Below, piece after piece: positions 20,126 to 30,731 of a DNA stretch of 64,000 bases. The stretch lies in NCBI GenBank assembly GCA_963717435.1, contig OY970332.1:832001-896000 (forward strand). The letters run 5' to 3'. The notes beneath the pieces were generated by a model. That model was not told the DNA's origin, made no database searches, and saw only the letters and a program-made list of their open reading frames with translations. Both the position numbers and the translations under genes were made by a program. The first letter of the stretch is position 1; each line of letters begins with the position of its first letter. The stretch comes from an uncultured bacterium (GTDB taxonomy: Bacteria > Babelota > Babeliae > Babelales > Babelaceae).

Positions 20126-21712
20126 ATGGCAGTCTCTTTTCGTAAATTTGTTCCAGCAAGCATGCTTTTTTGGGTGCTAATAACTTTTGTCGGTGCTTTT
20201 TATGTGTACAACATAAAAAAGTACGTCTCTTTCGGGATAGATCTCGTTGGGGGTATGTATCTAACTTTAGAAGTTGATGTTGATAAAGCGGTAGAAAGCG
20301 AACTTCTTGATGAAGCGCGTAACTTACAGGCCAAATTAGAAAAAGATGGGATCTTAGTTCAGGGTAACGTAAGAATTGAAAATGAGCAGGCCATTTTGAC
20401 ATTCGCAGATTCTGCACAAGCGTTATCTGTTTACCAAAAATATGGCTCTTCAAAATCTGATGTAACTTTTTCAACAAAAGATGACCAAGTGATTATTTCT
20501 TTGTCTCAGCCATTAGTTGAAAGAATAAAAAGAGAAGCAGTAGAGGGTAATATTAGAGTTCTTCATGCAAGACTTGATGAATTTTCTGTAGCAGAAATTC
20601 CAATCGCGTCAGCAGGAACAAATAGAATTGTTATCGAACTTCCAGATGTTAAAGATCAGGATCAAGCAAAAGCAAGAATTGGCAAAGCGGCTTTACTTGA
20701 ACTTAAAGTTGTTGAAGATGCCGGATATAGTGAACAAGAATTGATAGAAAAATTTGGCGGAGTTTTACCTGAGGGCATGATCATATTGCCAGGCAAAGCT
20801 ACATCAAGACGTGGTGTTGATACTTACTATCTTGTGCCGAAATATACAGATTTAACTGGCAGACTTTTAAAAGATGCAAAAGTTGGTCTGTCTGATAGGG
20901 CTCTTGGCGTTCAACATGGTGTTAATATTACATTTAACACAGAAGGCGCTGATAGATTTTATGATATGACAAGAAAAAATGTTGGCAAGCCGATCGCTAT
21001 AATAATCGATGGTGTTGTAATATCTGCTCCTCGCGTAAGCGAACCGATAAAAGAGGGCAGCGCCATAATTACTTTTGGCGACCAAAGTTCTTCAGCTGAA
21101 TCGATTATGAAAGAGGCGCAAGATCTTGCAAATATGCTAAAATCAGGAGCATTTGTTGCGCCTGTAAAATTTGCCGAAGAACGTGTTATTGGTTCTTCAC
21201 TTGGGCAAGAATCTGTCTATAAGGGCTTCTTATCATGCTCTATATCTTTGTTGTTATTGTTCTTATTTAGCGTTATTTTCTATAAAACTGCTGGAATATT
21301 GGCGTTTATTGTGCTATTATATAACCTGCTTTTGATCTTGTTGGGCTTAATTTGGTTAAGAGCGACTTTGACAATGCCTGGTATAGCCGGAATGGTTCTA
21401 ACAATCGGTATGGCGATAGACTCCTCGGTACTTATATTTGAACGTATAAGAGAGGAACTTGGAGCCGGTGTTTCGATGCGTAAAGCTGTTGATACAGGCT
21501 TTAAAGATGCCATGGTTGTAATTCTAGATTCAAATATGACCCACTTTTTAGTTGGTGCAGTTTTATATCTATTAGGATCAGGCCCGATACAAGGCTTTGC
21601 GATAACCCTAATGCTTGGTATCGTATCGACGCTAACAACAGGTATTTTGTTATTAAGAACATTATTTAATTTTGCTCTTGATACATTAAAATTTGATAAA
21701 ATTAGTATATAA
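20126..21712 (+). CDS. secD: Protein translocase subunit SecD
   Basis: GIDLVGG, RIVIELP, LTMPGIAGMVLTIGMAIDSSVLIFERIREE, DSNMT. Confidence 0.95.
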   Translation: MAVSFRKFVPASMLFWVLITFVGAFYVYNIKKYVSFGIDLVGGMYLTLEVDVDKAVESELLDEARNLQAKLEKDGILVQGNVRIENEQAILTFADSAQALSVYQKYGSSKSDVTFSTKDDQVIISLSQPLVERIKREAVEGNIRVLHARLDEFSVAEIPIASAGTNRIVIELPDVKDQDQAKARIGKAALLELKVVEDAGYSEQELIEKFGGVLPEGMIILPGKATSRRGVDTYYLVPKYTDLTGRLLKDAKVGLSDRALGVQHGVNITFNTEGADRFYDMTRKNVGKPIAIIIDGVVISAPRVSEPIKEGSAIITFGDQSSSAESIMKEAQDLANMLKSGAFVAPVKFAEERVIGSSLGQESVYKGFLSCSISLLLLFLFSVIFYKTAGILAFIVLLYNLLLILLGLIWLRATLTMPGIAGMVLTIGMAIDSSVLIFERIREELGAGVSMRKAVDTGFKDAMVVILDSNMTHFLVGAVLYLLGSGPIQGFAITLMLGIVSTLTTGILLLRTLFNFALDTLKFDKISI

Positions 21713-21720
21713 AATTAAGT

Positions 21721-21797
21721 GGCGACGTAGCTCAGTTGGTTAGAGCGGCAGAATCATAATCTGTAGGTCCTGGGTTCGAATCCCCGCGTCGCCACCA
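21721..21797 (+). tRNA. tRNA-Met(CAT), elongator type (Ile2 not fully excluded)
   Basis: GGCGACG/CGTCGCC stem, ATCATAA loop, GTTCGAA, CCA. Confidence 0.93.
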
Positions 21798-21849
21798 GTC
21801 TTCGCTTATCCGGGCCTTCCGGCTCGGCAAGCTACGCCTGGCGCAGCCA
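21795..21849 (+). repeat. CCA-bounded palindromic trailer behind tRNA-Met
   Basis: CCAG-TCTTCGCTT...AAGCTACGC-CTGG-CGCAG-CCA; last 36 nt match 44403-44438 at 31/36. Confidence 0.85.
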
Positions 21850-22000
21850 GTTTTTTAAATGAAATTAACATAGAGCAAGACAGCCCGAAGAAGCCGTAGG
21901 CGCAGACGGGCACTAAATAAGATCTAGAAAATTTTATATGGCCAGGAAGTTAATTTTGTATAAAAATATCTTAATTTAATAACGAAAGTAATTCTTGTTC

Positions 22001-22594
22001 ATGTTACCCGCTAAAATTAATTTTCCAACGGCTCTAACTCTGCTTCGCCTATTACTTTCTACGACAATTCTTCCAATAATTTTAGTCTTATTTTTGCCCT
22101 ATAATATTTTGGGGATTAATTTACTTCTTGCAGCTTTTTTTGCGCTTATCAGCTTTACAGATTTCTTGGACGGATATCTTGCAAGAAAACTTAATCAAGA
22201 AACTGATTTTGGAAAAATACTGGATCCGATCGCAGATAAGTTTTTACTTTATGCAACTCTTCTTTCTCTTGTTTATATCCACAAAATATATTTTTATTTT
22301 GCAGTGATATTAATTGGTCGCGAATTTTTTATCGCAGGACTGCGTGAGGCGGGCGGGTATATGGGAATAAAAATTCCAGTTTCTTATTTTGGAAAACTAA
22401 AAACTACTTTGCAAAATATTTTTTTAATACTAGCTATAGCTAATCCATATCAAGATTTGGGATTTTCAAGTCTGTTTAATATATCCCAGTGGGCATTTAT
22501 GTGGTTGGCAATTCTGACTTCTTTAATTTCTGCGTATATTTATTATAATGGTTTCGTAGAAAATTATTCTGTGCTTAAAAAAAAGGGTGACTAA
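22001..22594 (+). CDS. pgsA: CDP-diacylglycerol--glycerol-3-phosphate 3-phosphatidyltransferase
   Basis: PTALTLLR, TDFLDGYLARK..FGKILDPIADK, GKLKT. Confidence 0.9.
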   Translation: MLPAKINFPTALTLLRLLLSTTILPIILVLFLPYNILGINLLLAAFFALISFTDFLDGYLARKLNQETDFGKILDPIADKFLLYATLLSLVYIHKIYFYFAVILIGREFFIAGLREAGGYMGIKIPVSYFGKLKTTLQNIFLILAIANPYQDLGFSSLFNISQWAFMWLAILTSLISAYIYYNGFVENYSVLKKKGD

Positions 22595-24317
22595 TTTGAA
22601 GTTTATAGAACTAGCGAAACTGTTTTCAGAAATCGAAGAAACTAGTTCTCGCAATATCATAACACAAAAATTAGCAGATTTTTTTTCAAAGTGCTCATCA
22701 ACAGAAGCACAAATAATAACCTATTTATCTCTTGGAACATTAAGACCTCCGTATATAAAAATGCAGTTTAATCTTGCTGAAAAAACTGTAAAAAAAATTG
22801 TGGCAAGAGTTCTTGAAAAATCTATAGACTGGGTTGATGAGAAGCTTAAAGAGACGGGTGATTTGGGAGAGTTATTAAGGTCTCGTGAGAACAATAAATC
22901 GTCCTGCGAATTATCTATTACTGAAGTTTATAAAAAACTCGAAGAGCTGGAACTAATTTCTGGTGAGGGCTCAGTAGAAATCAGATCAGAGAGACTTTAT
23001 GATATTTTAAATTCTGTTGATAATTTATCTGCAGTATATATTGTCAAAATTGTTCTTGCCAAGCTACGCCTAGGCTTTTCTGATATGACAATCATAGACG
23101 CACTTTCTTGGATGGTTTCAGCTTCAAAGAAGTTTAGTGGAAGAATCGAAGGCGCGTATAACGTTTGCGCTGATCTTGGCCTGATAGCCTATACTATAAA
23201 AGAAGACGGGATCGAAGGTCTAGATTCTATCAAGCCGCAATTGGGAATCCCGATAAGACCTGCCGCTGCAGAAAGACTTCCAACGCCATCAGCAATTATT
23301 GAAAAGCTTGGTGATTGCATCGCACAGCCCAAACTTGATGGTTTCAGGTTGCAGGTACATATAAAAAAAATCCCCAATAGCAACAAACATGAGGTCTGGT
23401 TTTTTTCAAGAAACTTAATAGACATGTCAGATATGTTTCCAGATCTTGTTGAAGATTTGAAAGATCTTAATGTTGAAAATGTTATCTTTGAAGGGGAAGC
23501 AATAGGCTACGATGAGCAAACAGGAAGCTTTGCACCATTTCAGGAGACTGTAAAAAGGAAAAGAAAACATGACATTGAAGAATTTGCTTCAAGCTTGCCC
23601 CTAAAATTATTTGTATTTGATATTTTATATTTAAATGGCAAATCTCTTATGAATTTGACACATAGCCAGCGAAGAGAAATAGCCGTAAATTTGTTTAAGA
23701 ATAATAAAAATCAAAAAGTTTCTGTAATCGAAGAGAAAAAAATAACTACGGCAGAGCAACTTGAAAAATATTTCCTAGAAAATATATCTGCCGGATTAGA
23801 AGGGTTGGTTGTAAAAAAACCTGACTCGATTTATCAGCCGGGCAAAAGAAATTTTAATTGGATAAAACTAAAACGTCATGAGAAGGGCCATCTAGAAGAT
23901 ACTATCGATGCAGTTGTCTTGGGCTACTATAATGGTCACGGCAAGCGCGCAACTTTCGGAATAGGTGCTTTTTTGGTTGGAATTTATGATCCCAAAAATG
24001 ACAACTTTTTGACGGTTGCAAAAATCGGCACGGGCCTTAAAGACGAAGGCTGGGTAGAACTTAAATCTAAGTGCGACAGAATAATAACTAAAAATAAGCC
24101 ACATAATGTCGATTGCCCAACAGCTCTTTATCCAGATACCTGGGTTGACCCAGAAATTGTGGTTGTAGTACGCGCTGATGAGATAACAAAGTCGCCGCTA
24201 CATTCTAGTGGACTTGCATTAAGATTTCCAAGATTTGTTTCTTACTCTATTGATAAGTCGCCAACACAGGCTACAAGCTTGCACGAACTTAAGAGACTCT
24301 TTGAGGACCAAAAATAG
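22587..24317 (+). CDS. ATP-dependent DNA ligase (DBD + adenylation + OB domains)
   Basis: KLDGFRLQVH, FEGEA, FDILY, EGLVVK, WIKLK, LRFPRF; N-terminal LRLG DNA-binding domain. Confidence 0.93.
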   Translation: MTNLKFIELAKLFSEIEETSSRNIITQKLADFFSKCSSTEAQIITYLSLGTLRPPYIKMQFNLAEKTVKKIVARVLEKSIDWVDEKLKETGDLGELLRSRENNKSSCELSITEVYKKLEELELISGEGSVEIRSERLYDILNSVDNLSAVYIVKIVLAKLRLGFSDMTIIDALSWMVSASKKFSGRIEGAYNVCADLGLIAYTIKEDGIEGLDSIKPQLGIPIRPAAAERLPTPSAIIEKLGDCIAQPKLDGFRLQVHIKKIPNSNKHEVWFFSRNLIDMSDMFPDLVEDLKDLNVENVIFEGEAIGYDEQTGSFAPFQETVKRKRKHDIEEFASSLPLKLFVFDILYLNGKSLMNLTHSQRREIAVNLFKNNKNQKVSVIEEKKITTAEQLEKYFLENISAGLEGLVVKKPDSIYQPGKRNFNWIKLKRHEKGHLEDTIDAVVLGYYNGHGKRATFGIGAFLVGIYDPKNDNFLTVAKIGTGLKDEGWVELKSKCDRIITKNKPHNVDCPTALYPDTWVDPEIVVVVRADEITKSPLHSSGLALRFPRFVSYSIDKSPTQATSLHELKRLFEDQK

Positions 24318-24334
24318 TTTCAAAATTAAGATTC

Positions 24335-24466
24335 ATACCTGGTGGTAAGGGCAGTCATATTAAATTGAAGAAAAAAGATTGTCCAACGATTATAATTCCC
24401 AATCACAAAGAATTGTCAAAAGGCTTGGAGCACGCTTTGATGAAGCTTTTAGAAGCTCAAAAATAA
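24335..24466 (+). pseudogene. hicA: 5'-truncated HicA toxin remnant
   Basis: Frame reads IPGGKGSHIKLKKKDCPTIIIPNHKELSKGLEHALMKLLEAQK*; in-frame TGA at 24302 and no ATG/GTG/TTG before the GKGSH motif. Confidence 0.75.
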
Positions 24467-24476
24467 AGGTCAAACT

Positions 24477-24908
24477 ATGCTATATCACTTTAAGATTTAT
24501 AAAGAAGGCAAAGGTTATTGGGCTCAATGTATTGAGCTTGAAGGATGCTTTACTCAAGCTGATACAAAGGAAGAATTATTTTTGAATATGCAAGAAGCTC
24601 TAAATCTTTATGTCGAAGAACGATCAAATTCCAAGGATCTCGCTGCATTACCTGACAAAAATATAAAAATTACTAGAAATATTGTAAAGGTTCCATTAGC
24701 GCCTCAAGTTGCCTTTTCTTTTCTTGTCAGGTATTGGCGCCTCAAGTATGGGTGGACACAAAAAGAAGCCGCAAAAAAAATGGGTTTTGAAAATCTATAT
24801 AGCTATCAAAGATTAGAAGCCAAAAGATGCAATCCAAATTTGGAGATTATAAGTTTAGTTAAGAAAATTTACCCCGAATTTTCTGTGGATTTGGCTTTAC
24901 ATGTTTAG
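24477..24908 (+). CDS. hicB: HicB family antitoxin with C-terminal HTH
   Basis: GYWAQCIELEGCFTQADT..EAL; WTQKEAA..YQRLE HTH. Confidence 0.88.
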   Translation: MLYHFKIYKEGKGYWAQCIELEGCFTQADTKEELFLNMQEALNLYVEERSNSKDLAALPDKNIKITRNIVKVPLAPQVAFSFLVRYWRLKYGWTQKEAAKKMGFENLYSYQRLEAKRCNPNLEIISLVKKIYPEFSVDLALHV

Positions 24909-25358
24909 AAAAATTTTTCTTTGCTAAGAATGTTGTCCTGAAAAATATTTATAATTCGATTTAAAAATAATTTTTTTTAAATTTTAAAATATTTTAAAAT
25001 TATACTTGCTTTTGGTTTCTAGTTTTTTAGTAAACTGTAGTTAAGCATACTGAAGCTGTTGAGTCACTTTAAAAAGGGTGAGTAGTTGTGGTACATCTTC
25101 AAGTTGATCGAGTTCTTCTGAATTCTGGTTTTTTGTTTTCTATTCCAAAGAAATATTTTTCTTCTCCAATTTTGTTCATGCCCGTGTTTAAATATTTTAA
25201 ATATGTACTAATATTTTCTCCCCTTAAAAATTATACCAATCTGTGCGTGGGACAGTCTGGGAAATACGGGAGTTTGGAGCGAATAATAAAAAAATACTAT
25301 TTTGAAAGTTTCACGATAAAACTTGTTGGGTACTTTTTTGTTAATCAGAAAGGTAAGA

Positions 25359-26759
25359 ATGGCTGCAGAAAAAATTTACGTTCTTGACACTAATGTCTTG
25401 ATTCATGATCCTCAATCTATATTCAGTTTTGAAGGGGCGCACGTTGCAATTCCTATTATGGTTCTGGAAGAATTGGATCACTTTAAGGCGGAAAATACGC
25501 AACGTGGAAGAAATACTCGCGAAACTGTAAGAATTTTGGACATGTTGCGCGAAAAGGGATCATTAAAAGAGGGCGTTAAGCTTGATAATGGCGGAACATT
25601 TAAAATAATCTTCCCAGAAGCTGGTATTAAGATTCCAGATTATTTAAAGCCAGATCTTATGGACAATTCGATATTAATGACAGCGATGTCTTTGAAAAGC
25701 AAGGGCTACGATGTCAGATTTATTTCTAAAGATATTAACGCGCGTGTAAAAGCTGATACGCTTGGATTACAAACGGCAGACTATCTTACAGATAATGTAT
25801 CCAAAGATCAGTTTTTTAAGGGCTGGATAACCATTCAGGTTCCTGCTGTTCAACTAAAAAAAGAATACCCTGATGATCTTGAAACTTTGCAAAAAGATTA
25901 TAAATTAACTCCTAACGAATTTATTATTCTTGAAAGCAAAAATAATCCGTATAATTATGCTCTATTTAGATATTTAAGTAACGGACAGTTTAAGCGTGTG
26001 CATGCTCCACATTTAAGATGGCCGTTCCAGGCGCGAAACGTTCAGCAGTTGATGGCTCTTGATCTATTATTGGACGATAGCGTCCAGTTTGTCTCTCTTC
26101 TTGGTGGAGCTGGTACCGGTAAAACTTTTTTAACTTTACTTGGTGCATTACACAAAGTTTTGATAGAGCACTCTTATGAGAAAATTTTAATATCAAGACC
26201 GGTTATTCCATTAGGACCGGATATTGGCTATCTTCCCGGTGACGTTCAGGAAAAGTTACATAGCTGGATGCAACCAATATATGACAACATGGATCTAATA
26301 ATTCACACCGCCAATGCAACTCCACACGGAACAGGGGAACCGCGACAACCAGAAAATGGCAAATTCAAAAAAAATAAATATAAGAAATTTCAACGTGAAG
26401 GCGTTGAAGGGCAGCCGCATATGTCCACACTTTACGATCTTATCAAACAGGGCAAAGTGAGTCTTGAAGCTATAACTTATATGCGTGGTAGATCGATTCC
26501 ATATCAGTTTATTTTTATTGACGAAGTGCAAAACTTAACCCCGCATGAAGTAAAAACTATAGTGAGCCGTGTCGGTGAGGGCAGTAAAATAGTACTTGCT
26601 GGAGATCCGTTCCAAATAGATTCGCCATATTTAGATTTTGCAAGTAATGGACTTGTTGTAACTGGAACCAAATTTTCAGGTCAGCCGCTATTTGGGACTG
26701 TGTTCATGGAAATTAGTGAACGTAGCGAACTTAGTAAGCTTGCCGCGGAGCTTTTGTAA
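25359..26759 (+). CDS. PIN-PhoH family ATPase (PhoH2/YlaK-like)
   Basis: VLDTNVL PIN motif; GGAGTGKT, IGYLPG, YMRGRS, DEVQN. Confidence 0.92.
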   Translation: MAAEKIYVLDTNVLIHDPQSIFSFEGAHVAIPIMVLEELDHFKAENTQRGRNTRETVRILDMLREKGSLKEGVKLDNGGTFKIIFPEAGIKIPDYLKPDLMDNSILMTAMSLKSKGYDVRFISKDINARVKADTLGLQTADYLTDNVSKDQFFKGWITIQVPAVQLKKEYPDDLETLQKDYKLTPNEFIILESKNNPYNYALFRYLSNGQFKRVHAPHLRWPFQARNVQQLMALDLLLDDSVQFVSLLGGAGTGKTFLTLLGALHKVLIEHSYEKILISRPVIPLGPDIGYLPGDVQEKLHSWMQPIYDNMDLIIHTANATPHGTGEPRQPENGKFKKNKYKKFQREGVEGQPHMSTLYDLIKQGKVSLEAITYMRGRSIPYQFIFIDEVQNLTPHEVKTIVSRVGEGSKIVLAGDPFQIDSPYLDFASNGLVVTGTKFSGQPLFGTVFMEISERSELSKLAAELL

Positions 26760-29700
26760 TAATATTAACTTTTGGATTTAGTTGTTCACGATCCAATAAT
26801 TCAAGAAGCTCAAGATTTATTGCTACCCTTGTGTTTGCATTAAGCTTGAGCTTCTTTCCATTTTCATAAAATATTATTGAAAGCGGTGTATTTCCTTTAG
26901 AAAAATAACTATTTATTTGCTTTAAGTTATCTTCTCCTGATTTGCTGTCATCTATTTCTATTGTTAAAGAACTAAACTGTGAATTGTCAAATATCGTATC
27001 TGCGGGGATCAAATCCTGCGCTTTAAGTTTGCAATTCTCAGATGAACTTTCATCAACGTTGCCAGTGACAATAAAAACCGTGTGCTGTGGTATCAAGCTT
27101 TCTACGCGTGAAAATAATTTTGGAAAAATTATAATTTCAGCTTTGGTTTGTGCGTCTTCAAGTTGCATGAATGCCATGCGGTCACCTTTTTTAGTTGTCA
27201 CAACTTTGCTGCTCTTTACTGCGCCAAGACAGACAATAGTTTCTTGTCCCGATATTTTTACGGCTTCCTGAAACTTGATTGGCTGCAGCCACTTAATATG
27301 CTTTGTGTAATAGTCTAATGGCTGGGAACTTACATAAAGTCCCATAACTTCTTTTTCTTTTTCCAATTTTAATTTATCGGGCCAATCAGGAATATCTTGG
27401 AACATATAATCTTCTTCTATCCCGTCTTTTGAGTTGTTTGAACTAGTTTCAAACAGCCCCATCTGTCCAGTTAATAGAGACTTTTTATATTCTGCAGCTT
27501 TTTCAATTATCTTTGGTAACTCTTCAGTTTTTTGTGCGCGATTACCAGAAAGTGAATCGAGCGCACCTGCTGCTATCAAATTTTCAAACACGCGTTTGTT
27601 GCATGTTCGCAAGTCTATTCTTTTTGCAAGATCCAAAATGTTTTTGAATTTAGTTTTGCTACTTCTCTCATGTATAATATTTTCAAGCGCAGCAAGACCC
27701 ACGTTCTTAATGCCCAATAACCCGAATCTTATTTTTTCATCAACAACGCTAAAATTTATCTCTGAGTTATTAATATCTGGTGGAAGTATTTCTATCCCCA
27801 TCTCTTTTGCTTCGCTGACATAAAATGCCATCTGTTCAGCAGCAGTGGATTCAAGTGATATCAGGCATGCCATAAATTCAGCTTTAAAGTTAGCTTTCAA
27901 ATACGCAGTCTGATAAGCGATAAGCGCATACGCGGCCGAGTGAGATTTGTTAAAACCGTAACCGGCAAAATATGCCATCAAGTCAAAAAGCTCTATAGAT
28001 TTTTTTTCATCAAAAGATAAGTTTTTCGCTTTTGTGACAAAAATATCTTTCTGTTTTGCCATCTCTTCGGCTTTTTTCTTACCCATAGCTCGGCGCAAGA
28101 TATCAGCTTCTCCAAGAGAATATCCGCCTATCTTTGAAGCAATTTTCATAACCTGTTCTTGATAAACAATAACACCGTAAGTTTCTAATAATATTTCTTG
28201 AAGCTCAGGGAAAATATATTCTATTTTTTGTCGCCCATTTTTTCGTTCGATAAAATCGTCAACCATTCCAGAGCCTAGTGGCCCCGGTCTGTATAGTGCG
28301 TTAACAGCTATTATATCTTCAAAATATGCAGGTTGCAGTCTTCGCAAAACATCTTTGATCCCTTCAGATTCTAACTGGAACACGCCAGATGTTTGCCCCT
28401 TGCATAAAAGCTCAAACGTTTTTGGATCGTCTAATGGAATCTTGTTAATATCAAGTTTTTTTCCAATTTTTTTCTCTATTAAATCGAGAGTTTTCTTTAC
28501 TATAGTTAAGTTTTTTAGACCAAGAAAATCCATTTTTAAGTAGCCCAGATACTCAAGCTCGGTCATAGCATATTGTGTAACCAGGTCCGTCGTTTTTGGT
28601 GGAATATAAATAGGTAAAACGTCACTTATAGGTTCCGGTGAAATAACAATTCCGGCAGCATGCTTTGAAGCGTGTCTTGTTATTCCCTCGAGGCGAAAAG
28701 CTAAATCAAAAACTTTTGCTACAGTTTGATTGTTTTTGATAAGTTCTTGCAATCTTGGCTCAGTTTCTATGGACTCTTTTAAAGTTATTTTTAACTGATC
28801 CGGAACAAGTTCTGTAATAGAATTTGAATCTTCAAATGGTAGCCCCAAAACTCTGGCCACGTCTTTGATAACCCCCTTGGCCATCATTGTCCCGAATGTA
28901 ATAATTTGGCAAACTTTGTCGTGCCCATATTTTTGGCGCACATATTCTATTACCTTATCACGTCCTTCAATACAGAAATCTATATCTATATCTGGCATGG
29001 TTATACGTTCTGGGTTTAAAAATCTTTCAAAAAGCAGATTATATTTTATTGGGTCTATATCTGTTATCTGCAACGACCAAGCTACTAAAGACCCAGCAGC
29101 AGAACCACGTCCCGGCCCCACAGGCACATCGTTGTTTTTTGCCCACTGAATAAAATCACTAACTACTAAAAAGTATCCGACAAAACCCATTTTGCAGATT
29201 AGATCTATTTCGATTTCTAATCTATTTTTATAATTTTCTAATAACTCTTTGGGAAATCTTTCGTCACTTAATAACTTTTCAAGGCCATCGCGACAAAGTT
29301 TTGAAAAATAACTATTTTCATCAAAACCTTCTGGGATATCAAATACGGGGAAAAATAACTTACCCGTTTCAAATTTAAAGTCGCACATGTCGGCAATTTT
29401 GCCAGAGTTCCAAACAGCTTCTTCATGCTCTTTAAATAGCTCAAGCATCTCTTGTTCGGTGCGCATATAAGCTCTGCAGTCACCAAATGTAAATCTATCA
29501 GGATCTGTGATTTTGTGATGTGTCTGAATAGACAACATAACTTCATGCGCTTCACGATCGTCTATAGATGTGTAATGACAATCGCCAGCTGCAACAAGAT
29601 TAATATCTCTTTCTTTGCTGATCTTAAATAATTTTTCATTTAATATTTTTTGTTCTTCTTGATCCGCGGGCTGAACTTCTAGATAAAATCTATCGCGACC

Positions 29701-30195
29701 AAATACCCGCAAGAACCAGTCTATTTTTTTGTTTGCTTCGGCATAGTCATCTGCCATAAGCAAACTTGGGATATGTCCACCAAGACAGGCAGTTGTAATT
29801 ATTAAACCTTCAGCATGTTTTTCTAGTATTTCGTAATCTATTCTGGGCTTAAAATAAAAACCTTCTTGATAAGCAAAAGAGATTAATTTACAAAGATTTT
29901 TGTAACCTGTTTTATTTTGAACAATTATTATTAAGTGATGATATTTGTTTTGGACATCTTTTACTTTTGCATTTTCCGTAAAATACATTTCGATGCCAAG
30001 GACGGGTTTAATGCCAGCTTTTTGGGCCTGTTGAAAAAACTTTACTGCACCAAAGATATTACCGTGATCTGATATTGCAAGCGCTTTTAATTTATTTTCT
30101 TTTCCAAAATTTATTAGCTTGTCGATCGTAATCGCGCCATCAAGTAGTGAAAAATCTGTGTGTAAATGTAAATGCGTAAAATGCTTTTCTGACAT
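26731..30195 (-). CDS. dnaE: DNA polymerase III alpha subunit
   Basis: PHP HLHLHTDFSLLDGA, GPGRGSAAGS, PDIDIDF, YGFNKSHS. Confidence 0.98.
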   Translation of the reverse strand: MSEKHFTHLHLHTDFSLLDGAITIDKLINFGKENKLKALAISDHGNIFGAVKFFQQAQKAGIKPVLGIEMYFTENAKVKDVQNKYHHLIIIVQNKTGYKNLCKLISFAYQEGFYFKPRIDYEILEKHAEGLIITTACLGGHIPSLLMADDYAEANKKIDWFLRVFGRDRFYLEVQPADQEEQKILNEKLFKISKERDINLVAAGDCHYTSIDDREAHEVMLSIQTHHKITDPDRFTFGDCRAYMRTEQEMLELFKEHEEAVWNSGKIADMCDFKFETGKLFFPVFDIPEGFDENSYFSKLCRDGLEKLLSDERFPKELLENYKNRLEIEIDLICKMGFVGYFLVVSDFIQWAKNNDVPVGPGRGSAAGSLVAWSLQITDIDPIKYNLLFERFLNPERITMPDIDIDFCIEGRDKVIEYVRQKYGHDKVCQIITFGTMMAKGVIKDVARVLGLPFEDSNSITELVPDQLKITLKESIETEPRLQELIKNNQTVAKVFDLAFRLEGITRHASKHAAGIVISPEPISDVLPIYIPPKTTDLVTQYAMTELEYLGYLKMDFLGLKNLTIVKKTLDLIEKKIGKKLDINKIPLDDPKTFELLCKGQTSGVFQLESEGIKDVLRRLQPAYFEDIIAVNALYRPGPLGSGMVDDFIERKNGRQKIEYIFPELQEILLETYGVIVYQEQVMKIASKIGGYSLGEADILRRAMGKKKAEEMAKQKDIFVTKAKNLSFDEKKSIELFDLMAYFAGYGFNKSHSAAYALIAYQTAYLKANFKAEFMACLISLESTAAEQMAFYVSEAKEMGIEILPPDINNSEINFSVVDEKIRFGLLGIKNVGLAALENIIHERSSKTKFKNILDLAKRIDLRTCNKRVFENLIAAGALDSLSGNRAQKTEELPKIIEKAAEYKKSLLTGQMGLFETSSNNSKDGIEEDYMFQDIPDWPDKLKLEKEKEVMGLYVSSQPLDYYTKHIKWLQPIKFQEAVKISGQETIVCLGAVKSSKVVTTKKGDRMAFMQLEDAQTKAEIIIFPKLFSRVESLIPQHTVFIVTGNVDESSSENCKLKAQDLIPADTIFDNSQFSSLTIEIDDSKSGEDNLKQINSYFSKGNTPLSIIFYENGKKLKLNANTRVAINLELLELLDREQLNPKVNIITKAPRQAY

Positions 30196-30347
30196 ATTTT
30201 AAGTTAATTTATATTTCTTGTATTAAAATTAAATTTAAATTTTATATCTATTTAATATACCAGAAAAAACAGGCTTTACACATACAAGTTTTTTTTATAA
30301 TCCTGACAACAGTGTTGGCAGAATAACCGCCAGATTCAACAATAGAA

Positions 30348-30731
30348 TTAAAGCTGGGTTTTTGTTTTTACAAATTCGAATATTTTTTTTGCTTGATTAA
30401 AATTAACATGCGCTGTTGTTACATCAGGCATTATATAGTAACTATCGGGGTATCGGGCCCTGGTGGCGTATGGATTTAAATCCGCGGCATCCATTAGGAT
30501 TTCTTCAAAATCGCCGTCAAGCTCTATGCAAAGATGAACCAGCTCGACAAGATCATGTATTCTTCTAAGTGGCTTATCTTTGTATATTAAAAAAGCTTTA
30601 ATCGCTTTTTCGGCACATTGCTGAGTATGATAAAGTGCAGGCCCTAAAATTATTTCTTCATTGAAGAGCATAAGTTTTGCGGCTTTCAAATCGTCTTCAG
30701 CAAATGACAACCACTCTTTATGCCTTTGCAT
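30348..30731 (-). CDS. HEPN domain protein
   Basis: AEDDLKAA, YHTQQCAEKAIKA, HDL, RYP; start overlaps end of upstream MNT gene. Confidence 0.88.
   Translation of the reverse strand: MQRHKEWLSFAEDDLKAAKLMLFNEEIILGPALYHTQQCAEKAIKAFLIYKDKPLRRIHDLVELVHLCIELDGDFEEILMDAADLNPYATRARYPDSYYIMPDVTTAHVNFNQAKKIFEFVKTKTQL

Noticed and set aside
20126-21712. secD without adjacent secF or yajC
   Set aside because: Split arrangement is not rare and cannot be judged from one window
24379-24585. 68 aa ORF upstream of hicB
   Set aside because: Alternative-frame shadow; the HicA motif is in a different frame
25088-25387. 99 aa ORF before the PhoH gene
   Set aside because: No recognisable motif or RBS and it overlaps the PhoH start
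26731-26759. 29 bp convergent overlap of PhoH gene and dnaE
   Set aside because: Short tail-to-tail overlaps are common in compact genomes
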